The notes beneath the pieces are model-generated. The model saw nothing but the letters and a program-made list of their open reading frames with translations, made no database searches and was not told the origin of the DNA. From NCBI RefSeq assembly GCF_035309285.1, contig NZ_DATGFH010000132.1, forward strand, positions 12,995 through 76,994: a stretch of 64,000 nt of DNA, written 5' to 3'. The DNA comes from Bradyrhizobium sp. GTDB taxonomy: Bacteria; Pseudomonadota; Alphaproteobacteria; Rhizobiales; Xanthobacteraceae. The translations under genes and the position numbers were made by a program. Positions 1 through 9,249 of this stretch are shown piece after piece. Every line of letters starts with the position of its first letter. Position 1 is the stretch's first letter.

Positions 1-1
1 G

Positions 2-118
2 GTGCTCTCGTTCGGCATCCTGATCCTGCCGGGCTTCTCGCTGTTCTCGGTCTTCGCGTTGATGGCTGTGATCCTGATCGTTCGCCCCTGGGGCCTGTTC
101 GGGCGGCCGCTGCGATGA
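2..118 (+). CDS. livH: 3' end of branched-chain amino acid (HAAT family) ABC transporter permease, LivH-like (partial, runs off window start)
   Basis: Frame from nt 2 reads VLSFGILILPGFSLFSVFALMAVILIVRPWGLFGRPLR*. The C-terminal 'ILxxRPxGLFG' is typical of LivH. The stop overlaps the next ATG (ATGA). Symbol is family-level only. Confidence 0.8.
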   Translation: MLSFGILILPGFSLFSVFALMAVILIVRPWGLFGRPLR

Positions 119-1116
119 TGAAAAAGTCCGCCACCGCTCTCCTCCGACGCATTCCGTGGGTGCTTGTCGTCTTTGTCGCGGCGTTGACCGTCCCGTGGCT
201 GGGCACGCGCTACGATACCTTTCTGGCGACCCAGATCGCGATCAGCGCCCTCTTTGCCATGAGCCTCAACCTGCTGCTCGGCACCACCGGCCTCGTCTCG
301 TTCGGCCACGTCGCCTATTTCGGCATCGGCTCCTATGTCTGCGGCATCCTGATGAAGACCTATGGGATGCCGTTCTCGATCGCGCTGCCCGCCGCCGCGG
401 CCGGCAGCGCCCTCGGCGCGCTGGTGTTCGGCTTTTTCTGCGTGCGCCTCACCAAGATCTATTTCGCCATGCTGACGCTCGCCTTCTCGCAGATCGTCTG
501 GGCGATCTGCTTCAAATGGAATGACGTCACCGGCGGCGATCAGGGACTTCCCGACGTCCCCTACCCGAATCTCGACTGGATGTCGCAGGTGCCGTTCCTC
601 AGCGACCTGCGCATCGGCGGCCAGTTCTACGTGCTGACGCTCATTGTGGTCATGCTGTCGCTGGTGGCGATCAAGCGGATCATCGCTTCGCCCTTCGGCC
701 TCATGCTGACGACCATCCGCGAGAACCCGAATCGCTCGGCCTCGATCGGCCTCAACGTCCGCAGCTACGAGCTCGCCGCCTTCGTGATCGCGGGCGGCTT
801 TGCCGGCATCGCGGGCGCCCTGTTCGGCATCTTCAATCGCGGCGTCTTTGCCGACTACGTCTACTGGCCGAAATCGGCCGAGGTGATGATCATGACCATT
901 CTCGGCGGCATCGATCATTTCTGGGGACCGGTGGTCGGCGCCGCAACGCTGGTGCTGCTCAACCAGGAGATCACGTCCTACACCGAGTACTGGCCGTTGG
1001 TGCTCGGGATCATCCTTCTGATCCTGCTGTTCGTGTTCCCCGGCGGAATTGTCGGCGGCCTGACCACGGGCTTCGCGTGGCTTCGTCGCAAGGCGGGAGG
1101 GCGTGCTGATGCTTGA
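115..1116 (+). CDS. livM: Branched-chain amino acid ABC transporter permease, LivM-like
   Basis: Hydrophobic 333 aa with motifs SLNLLLGTTGLVSFGHVAYFG, YFAMLTLAF, SPFG...IRENP, LGG...WGPVVGA. Substrate unknown. Confidence 0.9.
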   Translation: MMKKSATALLRRIPWVLVVFVAALTVPWLGTRYDTFLATQIAISALFAMSLNLLLGTTGLVSFGHVAYFGIGSYVCGILMKTYGMPFSIALPAAAAGSALGALVFGFFCVRLTKIYFAMLTLAFSQIVWAICFKWNDVTGGDQGLPDVPYPNLDWMSQVPFLSDLRIGGQFYVLTLIVVMLSLVAIKRIIASPFGLMLTTIRENPNRSASIGLNVRSYELAAFVIAGGFAGIAGALFGIFNRGVFADYVYWPKSAEVMIMTILGGIDHFWGPVVGAATLVLLNQEITSYTEYWPLVLGIILLILLFVFPGGIVGGLTTGFAWLRRKAGGRADA

Positions 1117-1861
1117 AGTGCGCGGCCTCTCAAAATCCTTCGCCGGCTTCCGCGCCGTATCCGACGTCGATCTCGCCGTGTCCGAGGGCGAGATTGCCGC
1201 GGTGATCGGACCGAACGGCGCCGGCAAATCGACGCTGTTCAACCTGATCACCGGCCACCTGCAGCCGACCGCCGGCACCGTGCTCGTCAACGGACGCGAC
1301 GTCACCGGCGTCGCGCCGCACAAGATCTGCGGCATGGGGATCGGCCGCTCGTTCCAGCTTACCAATATCTTTCCGAAGCTGACGGTGCTGGAGAACGTGC
1401 GCGCGGCCCTGCTCGCCCATCGCGGCCAGGGACCGAACTTCTGGACCCGCGCGAAGGCGCTCTATCACAGTGAAGCCGAGTCGCTGCTCGCCTCGATCGG
1501 CCTCGCCGCGCAGGCGCGGGCGACGGCGGGGACACTGTCCTACGGCAACCAGAAGCAGCTCGAGCTCGGCATCGCGCTCGCAAGCGATCCCAAGATCCTG
1601 CTGCTCGACGAACCGACCGCGGGGATGTCGGCAAGCGAGACGCATGAGACGATCGCGCTGATCGAACGCATCGCGCACGAGCGCCACCTGACGCTGCTGT
1701 TCACCGAGCACGACATGGCCGTGGTGTTCTCGATCGCGCAAAGTATCGCGGTGTTGCACCAGGGGCGCGTCATCGCGCACGGCGACCCGGCGGCGGTGCG
1801 CGCCGATGCGCAAGTCCGCCGCGTCTATCTTGGCGATGCGCCGATGGGACCGCGATCATGA
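1109..1861 (+). CDS. livG: ABC transporter ATP-binding protein, LivG-like
   Basis: Walker A GPNGAGKS, LSYGNQK signature, LLLDEPTAG, EHDM. ATG at 1109 follows GGGAGG (alternative GTG at 1103). Confidence 0.92.
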   Translation: MLEVRGLSKSFAGFRAVSDVDLAVSEGEIAAVIGPNGAGKSTLFNLITGHLQPTAGTVLVNGRDVTGVAPHKICGMGIGRSFQLTNIFPKLTVLENVRAALLAHRGQGPNFWTRAKALYHSEAESLLASIGLAAQARATAGTLSYGNQKQLELGIALASDPKILLLDEPTAGMSASETHETIALIERIAHERHLTLLFTEHDMAVVFSIAQSIAVLHQGRVIAHGDPAAVRADAQVRRVYLGDAPMGPRS

Positions 1862-2565
1862 CTGCACTGCTCGAGCTCAAGGATGTGCATGCCGCCTATG
1901 GGCTGAGCCGCGTGCTGTTCGGCATCTCGATCGAGGTCAACGAGGGCGAATGCGTCTGCCTGCTTGGCCGCAACGGTGTCGGCAAGACCACCACGATGCG
2001 TTCGGTCATGGGGCTGACGCCGCCAACCTCCGGCCAGGTCCACTTCAAGTCGCACGACATCACCGGCTGGCCGCCGCACCGCATCGCCCGCGCCGGCATA
2101 GGATTCGTGCCGGAAGACCGCCGCATCTTTGCGGAGCTGTCAGTGTGGGAGAACCTCGACGTGGCCAGACGCGCCGCGGCGCGGCCCGGACGCTGGACGA
2201 TCGAGGCGGTGATCGACATGTTCCCCGTGCTCGGCAAGCTGCGCGACCGCCAGGGCGGCTTTCTCTCAGGCGGCGAGCAGCAGATGCTGACCATCGCCCG
2301 CACGCTGATGGGTAATCCCGACTTGCTGCTCCTGGACGAGCCGTCGGAGGGGCTCGCGCCGCTCGTGGTCGAGGCCCTGCTCGCCAAGGTCGGCGAGCTG
2401 AAAGCGCATGGCCTGACCATCCTGCTCGCTGAGCAAGGCATCGAGTTCTCGCTCGCGCTTGCCGACCGCGTCTACGTGCTGGAGAAGGGCTCGGTGCGTT
2501 TTTCCAGCTCGGCTGCCGCGCTCCGGTCCGACCGCAGCGCGCTGGACGAGCTGCTGGCGGTGTGA
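1858..2565 (+). CDS. livF: ABC transporter ATP-binding protein, LivF-like
   Basis: GRNGVGKT, LSGGEQQML, LLLDEPSEGLAP; ATGA overlap with upstream gene. Confidence 0.92.
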   Translation: MTALLELKDVHAAYGLSRVLFGISIEVNEGECVCLLGRNGVGKTTTMRSVMGLTPPTSGQVHFKSHDITGWPPHRIARAGIGFVPEDRRIFAELSVWENLDVARRAAARPGRWTIEAVIDMFPVLGKLRDRQGGFLSGGEQQMLTIARTLMGNPDLLLLDEPSEGLAPLVVEALLAKVGELKAHGLTILLAEQGIEFSLALADRVYVLEKGSVRFSSSAAALRSDRSALDELLAV

Positions 2566-2649
2566 CGCCGGGTTGTGAGGCGGCCGGACCTTGCAAAGCA
2601 AGGCGCCGCAAGGGATGCTGGCGGGCCCCCGCTCACATAAGGATCCGCC

Positions 2650-3843
2650 ATGCCCGTCGACACCCAAACCGCCACCAGCCGCCTCATGCGCTTCCTCGCC
2701 ATCGAGGGCGTGACCGGAAGGGAGGCCGCGATCGGGCGCGAGCTCAAGGCGGCGCTTGAGGAAAGCGGCGTGCCGGCGGATGCCATCCGCCTCGACGACG
2801 CCAACACGCGCATTCCGTTGCCGACGGAAACTGGCAACCTCATCGTCGACCTGCCCGGCAGCGGCGTGATGCACAATCAGCCGCGGATCCTGTTCATGAC
2901 GCACATGGATACCGTGCCGCTGTGCGCCGGAGCGAAGCCGAAGCTTGCGGGGCGGAAGATCGTCAACGACGCGAAGACCGCGCTTGGCGGCGACAACCGC
3001 GCCGGCTGCGGCGTGCTCGTCACGCTGGCGGCCGAGCTTGCCAAGCAGAAGCTCGATCATCCCCCGATCACGCTGCTGTTCTGCGTGCGGGAAGAAAGCG
3101 GGCTGTGGGGTGCGCGCCACGTCAAGACCCAGGAGCTTGGCTCGCCGGTCATGGCCTTCAACTACGACGGCAGCTCCGCCTCCAATGTCACCATCGGCGC
3201 CGTCGGCGCGGATCGCTGGCAGGTCGAGATTTTCGGCCGCGCCTCGCATGCCGGCGTCGCGCCGGAGCGCGGCATCTCTTCGACCATGATCCTTGCGCTC
3301 GCGCTCGCCGACGTGAAGGCTCATGGCTGGTTCGGCAAGGTGGTGAAGGGCAAGCGGCAGGGCACCAGCAATGTCGGCCCGGTCACCGGCGGCGAGGGCC
3401 GGCCCGCCGGAGATGCCACCAACGTCGTCACCGACTATGTGCATGTGCGCGGGGAGTGCCGCAGCCACGACAGCAAGTTCTTCAAGGAGATCACCAAGGC
3501 CTACAAGGCGGCGTTCGAGAAAGCCGCCAAGCGCGTCAAGAACAGCGCCGGCAAGTCGGGCCGCGTCAAGTTCAAGGCCGAGACCGACTACTATCCGTTC
3601 CGCATGAAGGAGAGCCTGCCTGTGGTGAAGCGCGCGATGGCGGCGGTGTCCGGCATCGGCGCAACGCCGATCATCCGCGCCGCCAACGGCGGCCTCGACG
3701 CGAACTGGATGGTCCGCCACGGTATTCCCACAGTGACCTTCGGCGCCGGGCAGAACGAAGCGCACACCATCGACGAGTGGATCAATCTCGATGAGTACGA
3801 CCGCGCCTGCGCGCTCGCAGTGCAACTCGCGACGATGCAATGA
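2650..3843 (+). CDS. M20/M25/M40 family metallopeptidase (peptidase T-like)
   Basis: Metal-ligand motifs THMDTV, LGGDNRAG, VREESG, SHAGVAPERG, GGLDAN and C-terminal NEAHTIDE. Confidence 0.88.
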   Translation: MPVDTQTATSRLMRFLAIEGVTGREAAIGRELKAALEESGVPADAIRLDDANTRIPLPTETGNLIVDLPGSGVMHNQPRILFMTHMDTVPLCAGAKPKLAGRKIVNDAKTALGGDNRAGCGVLVTLAAELAKQKLDHPPITLLFCVREESGLWGARHVKTQELGSPVMAFNYDGSSASNVTIGAVGADRWQVEIFGRASHAGVAPERGISSTMILALALADVKAHGWFGKVVKGKRQGTSNVGPVTGGEGRPAGDATNVVTDYVHVRGECRSHDSKFFKEITKAYKAAFEKAAKRVKNSAGKSGRVKFKAETDYYPFRMKESLPVVKRAMAAVSGIGATPIIRAANGGLDANWMVRHGIPTVTFGAGQNEAHTIDEWINLDEYDRACALAVQLATMQ

Positions 3844-3890
3844 GCCGCACGCATCAAGGCACGATGAGACTCGGTTGGGGCGACTGACCT

Positions 3891-3936
3891 CCTCCCTCTC
3901 CCCGCTCTTCGCGGGGAGAGGGTTGGGGTGCGGGGC
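3891..3936. repeat. REP-like GC-rich palindromic element, possible terminator
   Basis: Perfect 12-bp inverted repeat CCCTCTCCCCGC (3894-3905) / GCGGGGAGAGGG (3911-3922) with a 5-nt loop, followed by TTGGGGTGCGGGG, about 50 nt after the peptidase stop. Resembles a repeat I recall as common in Hyphomicrobiales. Confidence 0.7.
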
Positions 3937-4075
3937 TGCTTCCGCGAATACGGTGAGAGCGGGACTTGTGGAACTCGATACTGGGTCCTGACCGTCACCC
4001 TTAAGCCCAGCGCTGCTGGACTTGAACAAGTCCCCTGTGCTCGTTAATTTGGCTTTGTAGCAAGGAGGCCGATGC

Positions 4076-4360
4076 ATGAGGACAAAGACCGTAGCGTTCG
4101 TTCTCGGGACGGCCCTGGTGCTGTGTAACCTCTGGATGTTTGGTGTCGCAGCCCAGGCGCGGACGGCCAGAGTCGTTCGTGAACCACAGGAGAGACTTAT
4201 CGTCAGGATACCCGTGGTTAGGCCTTACTGGGATTCTTATATCGTTCCACGCTATCGTTATCGCCCTCAGGACGACCGGATCGATCCATACGGCCCGCCC
4301 GTCGTGCCGGTGATACGCTTTGGGAATCAAGAGGTGACCCTTCCGGTGTGGGCCTGGTAA
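4076..4360 (+). CDS. Small secreted hypothetical protein (Pro/Arg/Tyr-rich)
   Basis: AAGGAGG RBS upstream; signal-peptide-like N-terminus (MRTKTVAFVLGTALVL...AAQA). Confidence 0.65.
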   Translation: MRTKTVAFVLGTALVLCNLWMFGVAAQARTARVVREPQERLIVRIPVVRPYWDSYIVPRYRYRPQDDRIDPYGPPVVPVIRFGNQEVTLPVWAW

Positions 4361-4551
4361 CGAGGCCGAGATAGCTTCGCCCCTGACAATTTGGTCTACG
4401 CTCAAGAGCGCCGCAGGGCGCGACGTCGATTGGTTTTGTCAGCAGGTGGCATTCGAAATGAAAGGCGCCGGCACCTGAGTGCCGGTTTTGTGACAACGCC
4501 CATTCCCGCGGCCGTGGTGCATTGATTGCTCCGCAGTGTCAGAGAACGCGG

Positions 4552-5328
4552 ATGAGTCTGATTGTCTTCAAGCTGCTTCTGCCGCCCTTCCTTATCCTGC
4601 TCGCGAGCCTGGCAGGGCGGCGGTGGGGTGACGCCATAGGAGGATGGCTGGTCGGCCTGCCACTGACGTCTGGACCTGTCGCGGCCTTTCTCGCCATCCA
4701 GTATGGCGCTGACTTTGCCGCACTCGCCACCAACGGTTCGCTTGTCGGCACGGCCGCGCAGGCCTGCTTCAGCCTCGGCTATGCGCTGCTGGCTCACCAA
4801 GGCTGGATCGTCGCGCTGATCGGCGGATCTGCGGCCTATGCCGGTGCGGGGTTTCTGATCCAGACGATGCCGCTGCCGCATTGGGGCTTTTTCGCACTGG
4901 CGCTGGCGGCGCTCGCGGTGGCAGCGAAATTCATTCCCCACCGCCACCCGATGCGAAGCCCAATCGTTGCACCCTGGTGGGATTTGCCGGCCCGCATGGT
5001 GGTGGTAACGACGCTTGTCGTCAGCATCACCGCAGCCGCAGCCTTTGTCGGCGCCAAGGTCGCCGGAATACTCGCAAGCTTTCCGATTTTCGGCGCCATT
5101 CTTGCTGTCTTCGCCCATCGTATGGGGGGAGCGGCGACGGCGACGCAGGTATTGCGTGGTATGGTGCTGGCGCTTTACGGCTTCGCCCTGTTCTTCTTCG
5201 TGGTTGGCCTGCTTTTGGTCAAGCTCGGCGTCCTTCCCGCTTTCCTGGCGGCGGTCGCGAGCACGCTGATCGTGCAGGCTGGCGCGCTCAGGTTTATTCG
5301 TCGCGGTCAGGCGCCCAAAACCGAATAA
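4552..5328 (+). CDS. Multi-pass membrane hypothetical protein
   Basis: About 8-9 hydrophobic segments with an internal two-fold repeat (AGRRWGDAIGGWLVGLPLTSGP versus AAFVGAKVAGILASFPIFGA). ATG 4552 preferred over TTG 4522. Confidence 0.75.
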   Translation: MSLIVFKLLLPPFLILLASLAGRRWGDAIGGWLVGLPLTSGPVAAFLAIQYGADFAALATNGSLVGTAAQACFSLGYALLAHQGWIVALIGGSAAYAGAGFLIQTMPLPHWGFFALALAALAVAAKFIPHRHPMRSPIVAPWWDLPARMVVVTTLVVSITAAAAFVGAKVAGILASFPIFGAILAVFAHRMGGAATATQVLRGMVLALYGFALFFFVVGLLLVKLGVLPAFLAAVASTLIVQAGALRFIRRGQAPKTE

Positions 5329-5397
5329 GGCGACCGTGCCCGGTAAGGACGCCGAGAGACGGCGCGCACTGTGATGCTGGCGTTGTGGCTGTTGGAC

Positions 5398-5472
5398 CAC
5401 CCTCGGTCATTAGCGAGTGAGACGGCCGGTCAGCCTGCCATTTGACTCCGCTTTGGCCTGAGAGCGACCGGA
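5398..5472. repeat. Degenerate interspersed palindromic repeat copy
   Basis: CTCGGTCATTAGCG ... CTCCGCTTTGGCCTGAGAGCGACCG (5446-5470); same layout as the copy at 10208-10281. Confidence 0.45.
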
Positions 5473-6025
5473 TATCTACACTCAGGCAAAACGCATGCGA
5501 ACGGTCGACGGCGATCCCCGCCGACCCTGCGAGGGCTGAAGCCGCGCGAAAAAAGAGCGGCACAAAACGTGAGCTGGTTCTCGCCCTCAGGAAAGGATGA
5601 GTCTCGCAACGTTGGAGCGCAGTCTCCATGCAGCGTACGCCGCCAGACAAAAGCAATCACGTCGAGTCTCGCTTGGCGCGTGAAGCCTTCCGGGCTGCGA
5701 GTGGATCGCTCGATGCGGCTGCACGAATTTGCAGCCTCGACGCTCGGCCAAGTCACCAATCCATTGCCCTGCGATCCCGGCGCTGCGTGCCGGGAAATCG
5801 CCCCCGACACTAGGCCTTTCTTTGCCCACGTATCGAAGCGTCCGCTACCATGGATTTAAGGCATGTCGCCGTCGACGGTATCTTGATGAGCCGCTCTGGA
5901 GGTCATCTCAAATGACTCAGCAACACCCGCCCGGGAAGCAGTGCTCGCCATTCCCTTTAAACGTGTTTCCTGCTAAGCTACTACCCTTTCAGAGATTTTG
6001 ATTAAGCGGCGTCACGGAGGCGGCA

Positions 6026-6844
6026 ATGAAATTCAACAACATATTTGTTGCTCTCGCTTTGGTTTCGCTCGCAAGCCGATTTGAACAGGTCAGCGCGCAA
6101 CCCGCGTCAAATGCACCACCGCCTGCATTGACGGCCAACGAAATGAATGTCCCGGCCAATTTGAGCTTTCAGGATAAAATAAAAAAGCATGTAATCATCA
6201 TAACGAAAGCAGCTGCCATACGAGACTGGGCTGACAAGCAAAAGACTGCAATTTTGGCGAGAAATGGCACGGCCAAGGACTATGCGCAGGCATCTGATGA
6301 ATATTTGAACGCATTGAAGGTGCTCAGCCCATACGCGATCGCGGACCAACAAGCGCTTTCCCTAATATCTCAGTCATACGTCCTCGATGCCAGCAAAGGG
6401 CAAGTCTGTATTAATGGTCAAAATTGTAAACCCGTTGACCCTATGACGGGGACCATGATGTTCATCCATGTTGTTTCTGCCTCAAAAAAAAATAGCAAAA
6501 AGCCTCACTCACAGAAGAAGGATGAGCCCAGTACTGTAACCTGTGGCAAGAACACGATTGAGATCAATGGCTTCGATATTTGTAAACTGGTAGACTTTTT
6601 GAGAGACAAACCGCTTGATCTAGCGACCTTTGGTGTTCTCCCTGCCCTTCGTGATTTGATCATACCTCCTGATGATACGGGCGAGATAGCGAAGCTTGTA
6701 CGCGATCCTTTAAAAAGACCTGTTGAGATCATCCAAGATTGGCGTGATCATATCATATCCAAGAATGACAACGGCGAAGGTGCAAAGATCATTAGAGATC
6801 CCATCAAATGCACTGTTGGCCACTTAATTGGACAATGCAATTGA
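6026..6844 (+). CDS. Low-GC secreted hypothetical protein with C-terminal tandem repeat
   Basis: 272 aa ORF with signal-peptide-like N-terminus and 6 Cys. Sampled lines give 28/60 (6121-6180) and 24/60 (6481-6540) G+C versus 38/60 at 1201-1260. Confidence 0.75.
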   Translation: MKFNNIFVALALVSLASRFEQVSAQPASNAPPPALTANEMNVPANLSFQDKIKKHVIIITKAAAIRDWADKQKTAILARNGTAKDYAQASDEYLNALKVLSPYAIADQQALSLISQSYVLDASKGQVCINGQNCKPVDPMTGTMMFIHVVSASKKNSKKPHSQKKDEPSTVTCGKNTIEINGFDICKLVDFLRDKPLDLATFGVLPALRDLIIPPDDTGEIAKLVRDPLKRPVEIIQDWRDHIISKNDNGEGAKIIRDPIKCTVGHLIGQCN

Positions 6845-6904
6845 AGTTATGAGCGCCGCCCCACACGGTTGAGCGACAGTATTCCCACCATCAAAAAATG
6901 CAGC

Positions 6905-7004
6905 GGCCCATGTCGCGGCAGGGTGTTATCGACCGCTGCAGGAATGACGCGAAGGGTCAACGGACATTCCGCAGCTTATTCGATCACCTCGTCGGCGCGG
7001 GCGA
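6905..7004. repeat. Interspersed repeat copy (ATG(T/A)CGC-N-GGGT half-sites plus TATTCGATCACCTCGTCGGCGCGGGCGA)
   Basis: ATGTCGCGGCAGGGT at 6910-6924, ATGACGCGAAGGGTCAACGGACAT at 6944-6967, TTATTCGATCACCTCGTCGGCGCGGGCGA at 6976-7004. The last block matches a repeat I recall from Bradyrhizobium-like genomes (translates as spurious YSITSSARA / LFDHLVGAG). Confidence 0.55.
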
Positions 7005-9134
7005 CGCCGACGACAGGCTGGACTTGCGTATCGAGGGCAGTCGCTCGGCGAGCCGGCGCATCGCCAGGTCCGCAGGGCGCTCGGCCATCAGCTTCTGCAA
7101 CTGCATGGCGGCGCTTGCCGCATCATCATCGAGCATGGCATAGGCCTTCAGATAGGCTTCCCGCCAGGCAGGCGGCGCGTCATCCGGCCAGGGCTCAAAG
7201 ACCGCGATCGGCTCCTCGCGCCCGCGGACGGCCAGCCGCCCAAGCGGGCGCAGCAACGGCGCGTCGCATCGCGCAGCTGCAGCGGGCCCGACGCAGATCG
7301 CCGAACCGAGCTCCTTGTTGCAACCCTCGAGCCGCGACGCCATGTTCACGGCATCGCCGTGAGCCGTGTAGTCGAGCTTGGATCGAATGCCGACGTCGCC
7401 GACGACGGCGGGCCCGGTCTCGATCCCGATGCGCGTACGGCCGAGCCGGATTGCGGCCGCAGGGGCGCCGCTGCGAAAGCTCTCGCTCCACGCCTGAATG
7501 GCGATCGCGCATTCGAGCGCGCGTTGTGGATGATTCTCAAGGTCGAGCGGTACATTGAACAGCGCATGCAAGCCGTCTCCGACGATCTTGTCGACCATGC
7601 CGCCGTGCTTGATCACGATGCCGGCAACCCCCTCGAAATATTGGTCGAGCGTCGCCACCAGCTCCTCGGGGCCGGCGCGATGCATGGTACCGGTGAAGCC
7701 CTCGATGTCGGTGAACAGCGAGGTGACCTCTCGCCGTTCGCCATTGAGCTTGACCAGGTCCGGTTGTTCGACGATGCGACGGACGACCGCCGGCGCAAGA
7801 TGCTGTTCAAGCCGGTGGCGCACGAACGCTTCCCGCCGGCGCGTCAACGAATAGGCCGTGCCTGCCGTCATGGTGAATACCAGCACGGCCGCAATCGAGG
7901 GGGTCAGCGGATCGACGAGGCGATCCGCCAGCGCCGACGCGGCGATTGCGCCGATCCAGAGAAGCGCGATCGCGGCGGTCAGGATTGCGCTGCCGGTGGC
8001 CGGCGACAAGGCCGCACCAAGCACGATGGCAAGCGCCCCGATCACCAGGATCGCGAGCGCCTCCACGATCGGCCCGACAGCCAGCGTGCGTGGCACGCGG
8101 CCGGAGGCCATCTGCTCGACGGCATCGGCCTGGATTTGCACCGACGGCGTCAGCGGGTCTGCAGGCGTCTTGCGCAGGCCGCCGAGCTCGGGCGCGGAAC
8201 CGCCGAGCAACACCAGTGCGCCCGCCAGCCGGCCGACGCCGCTCCGTCCTTCAAGGACATCGACCGCGGAAAGCGTGCGGGCGACGCGACGCCGTGGCGC
8301 CACTGGCACGAGCCGCAGCAGCCCATCGCGCGACAGCGCAAGCCGCCGGCTGCCGATCACCAGCGTCGGGGGCTCGCCTTCGATAAGATAGCTCGAAGCG
8401 CCTTCTGCGAGGCGTAGCGCCTCGGCAGCCAGACCGGGCATCAGGACACGACCAGCGGCAACCAAGACCGGGACCTGACGGATGGCGCCATCGGCGCTGC
8501 CAGGGAGTGAGAGCGCGCCAAGCCCGCGCGCCGCGGCGGCGAGCGCATCCGTCGGCCCGATCGCGCCTGCGGCCTGCCACAGATTGTCGAACGGCAGTGG
8601 CCCGCGGCTCACGATCGCGGCGCCGGTCAGTGTGCCGTTGCGATCGGGATCGAGCACAAAGCCGAGCGCGACGGGGACACCACTGATCGCTCGCGCCAGC
8701 CGCTCGTCGCCGTCCGACAGGGCTCTTGCCAGGGTACTGATCTCGGCGCGACCGGTCACCGATCCAAGCCGACGCGCGAGGGCCGCCGGCGAGCGGTCGT
8801 CGGGCTCCGCGAGCAGCATGTCGATCGCAATCGCAGCGGGCCGCCCGCTTGCCACCGCCTCGACCAGCCGCGCCAACGTCTCCCGCGGCCACGGCCACTC
8901 GCCCAGTGCATCAATGGACCGGCGATCGATGTCGACAACGATCACCTTCAGGTCCGATGGGGCGGGCCTGCGGAGCCATTGGCCGCCGGCGAGTTCGATG
9001 TCGAAGGCGCTGTCGCGCAGGACCTCGCTCGTGGCCGTGGGAAGCAAAAGAGCTGCGGCGAGACAAACAGTCAGCGCCGCCAGACCGGCCGCGACCGGCA
9101 GGCGCTGCTGCAATGCTCGACGCATCCTACCCAT
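6984..9134 (-). CDS. CHASE2-domain class III adenylate/guanylate cyclase
   Basis: CHASE2 motifs IVVDIDRRS..LGEWPWPR and TPSVQIQA; three TM helices; catalytic motifs VTSLFTDIEGFT, DKIVGDG, YTAHGDAVNMASRLEG. Start could be 9125. Confidence 0.92.
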   Translation of the reverse strand: MGRMRRALQQRLPVAAGLAALTVCLAAALLLPTATSEVLRDSAFDIELAGGQWLRRPAPSDLKVIVVDIDRRSIDALGEWPWPRETLARLVEAVASGRPAAIAIDMLLAEPDDRSPAALARRLGSVTGRAEISTLARALSDGDERLARAISGVPVALGFVLDPDRNGTLTGAAIVSRGPLPFDNLWQAAGAIGPTDALAAAARGLGALSLPGSADGAIRQVPVLVAAGRVLMPGLAAEALRLAEGASSYLIEGEPPTLVIGSRRLALSRDGLLRLVPVAPRRRVARTLSAVDVLEGRSGVGRLAGALVLLGGSAPELGGLRKTPADPLTPSVQIQADAVEQMASGRVPRTLAVGPIVEALAILVIGALAIVLGAALSPATGSAILTAAIALLWIGAIAASALADRLVDPLTPSIAAVLVFTMTAGTAYSLTRRREAFVRHRLEQHLAPAVVRRIVEQPDLVKLNGERREVTSLFTDIEGFTGTMHRAGPEELVATLDQYFEGVAGIVIKHGGMVDKIVGDGLHALFNVPLDLENHPQRALECAIAIQAWSESFRSGAPAAAIRLGRTRIGIETGPAVVGDVGIRSKLDYTAHGDAVNMASRLEGCNKELGSAICVGPAAAARCDAPLLRPLGRLAVRGREEPIAVFEPWPDDAPPAWREAYLKAYAMLDDDAASAAMQLQKLMAERPADLAMRRLAERLPSIRKSSLSSASPAPTR

Positions 9135-9249
9135 CGGGATGCTGCCGCGCGATGACGCCGAACAGAGTTGTTAGCGACGACAGTGAAATGGCTCCCCTGG
9201 TTTGCCGGCATGTTTTTTTCCAACATGGAAGCCAGCGGCCTCAAGACAT

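Noticed and set aside
2266-4077. Long antisense or alternate-frame ORFs (603 aa here; also 36717-38378, 53786-55414, 55960-57639, 26684-28210 and many others)
   Set aside because: They are shadows of real genes in high-GC DNA with no recognisable motifs.
5430-5859. ORFs between the membrane protein and the low-GC orphan (5430-5810 -, 5569-5859 +, 5587-5829 -)
   Set aside because: No recognisable domain or convincing RBS. It may be a decayed gene fragment, but I cannot support a call.
6484-6492. A9 homopolymer in the orphan gene as a phase-variation switch
   Set aside because: The frame is intact and such runs are expected in a low-GC, Lys-rich gene; there is no evidence of length variation.
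6869-7558. ORF containing YSITSSARA (and 6898-7143 with LFDHLVGAG)
   Set aside because: These are translations of the repeat element plus the antisense of the cyclase, not genes.
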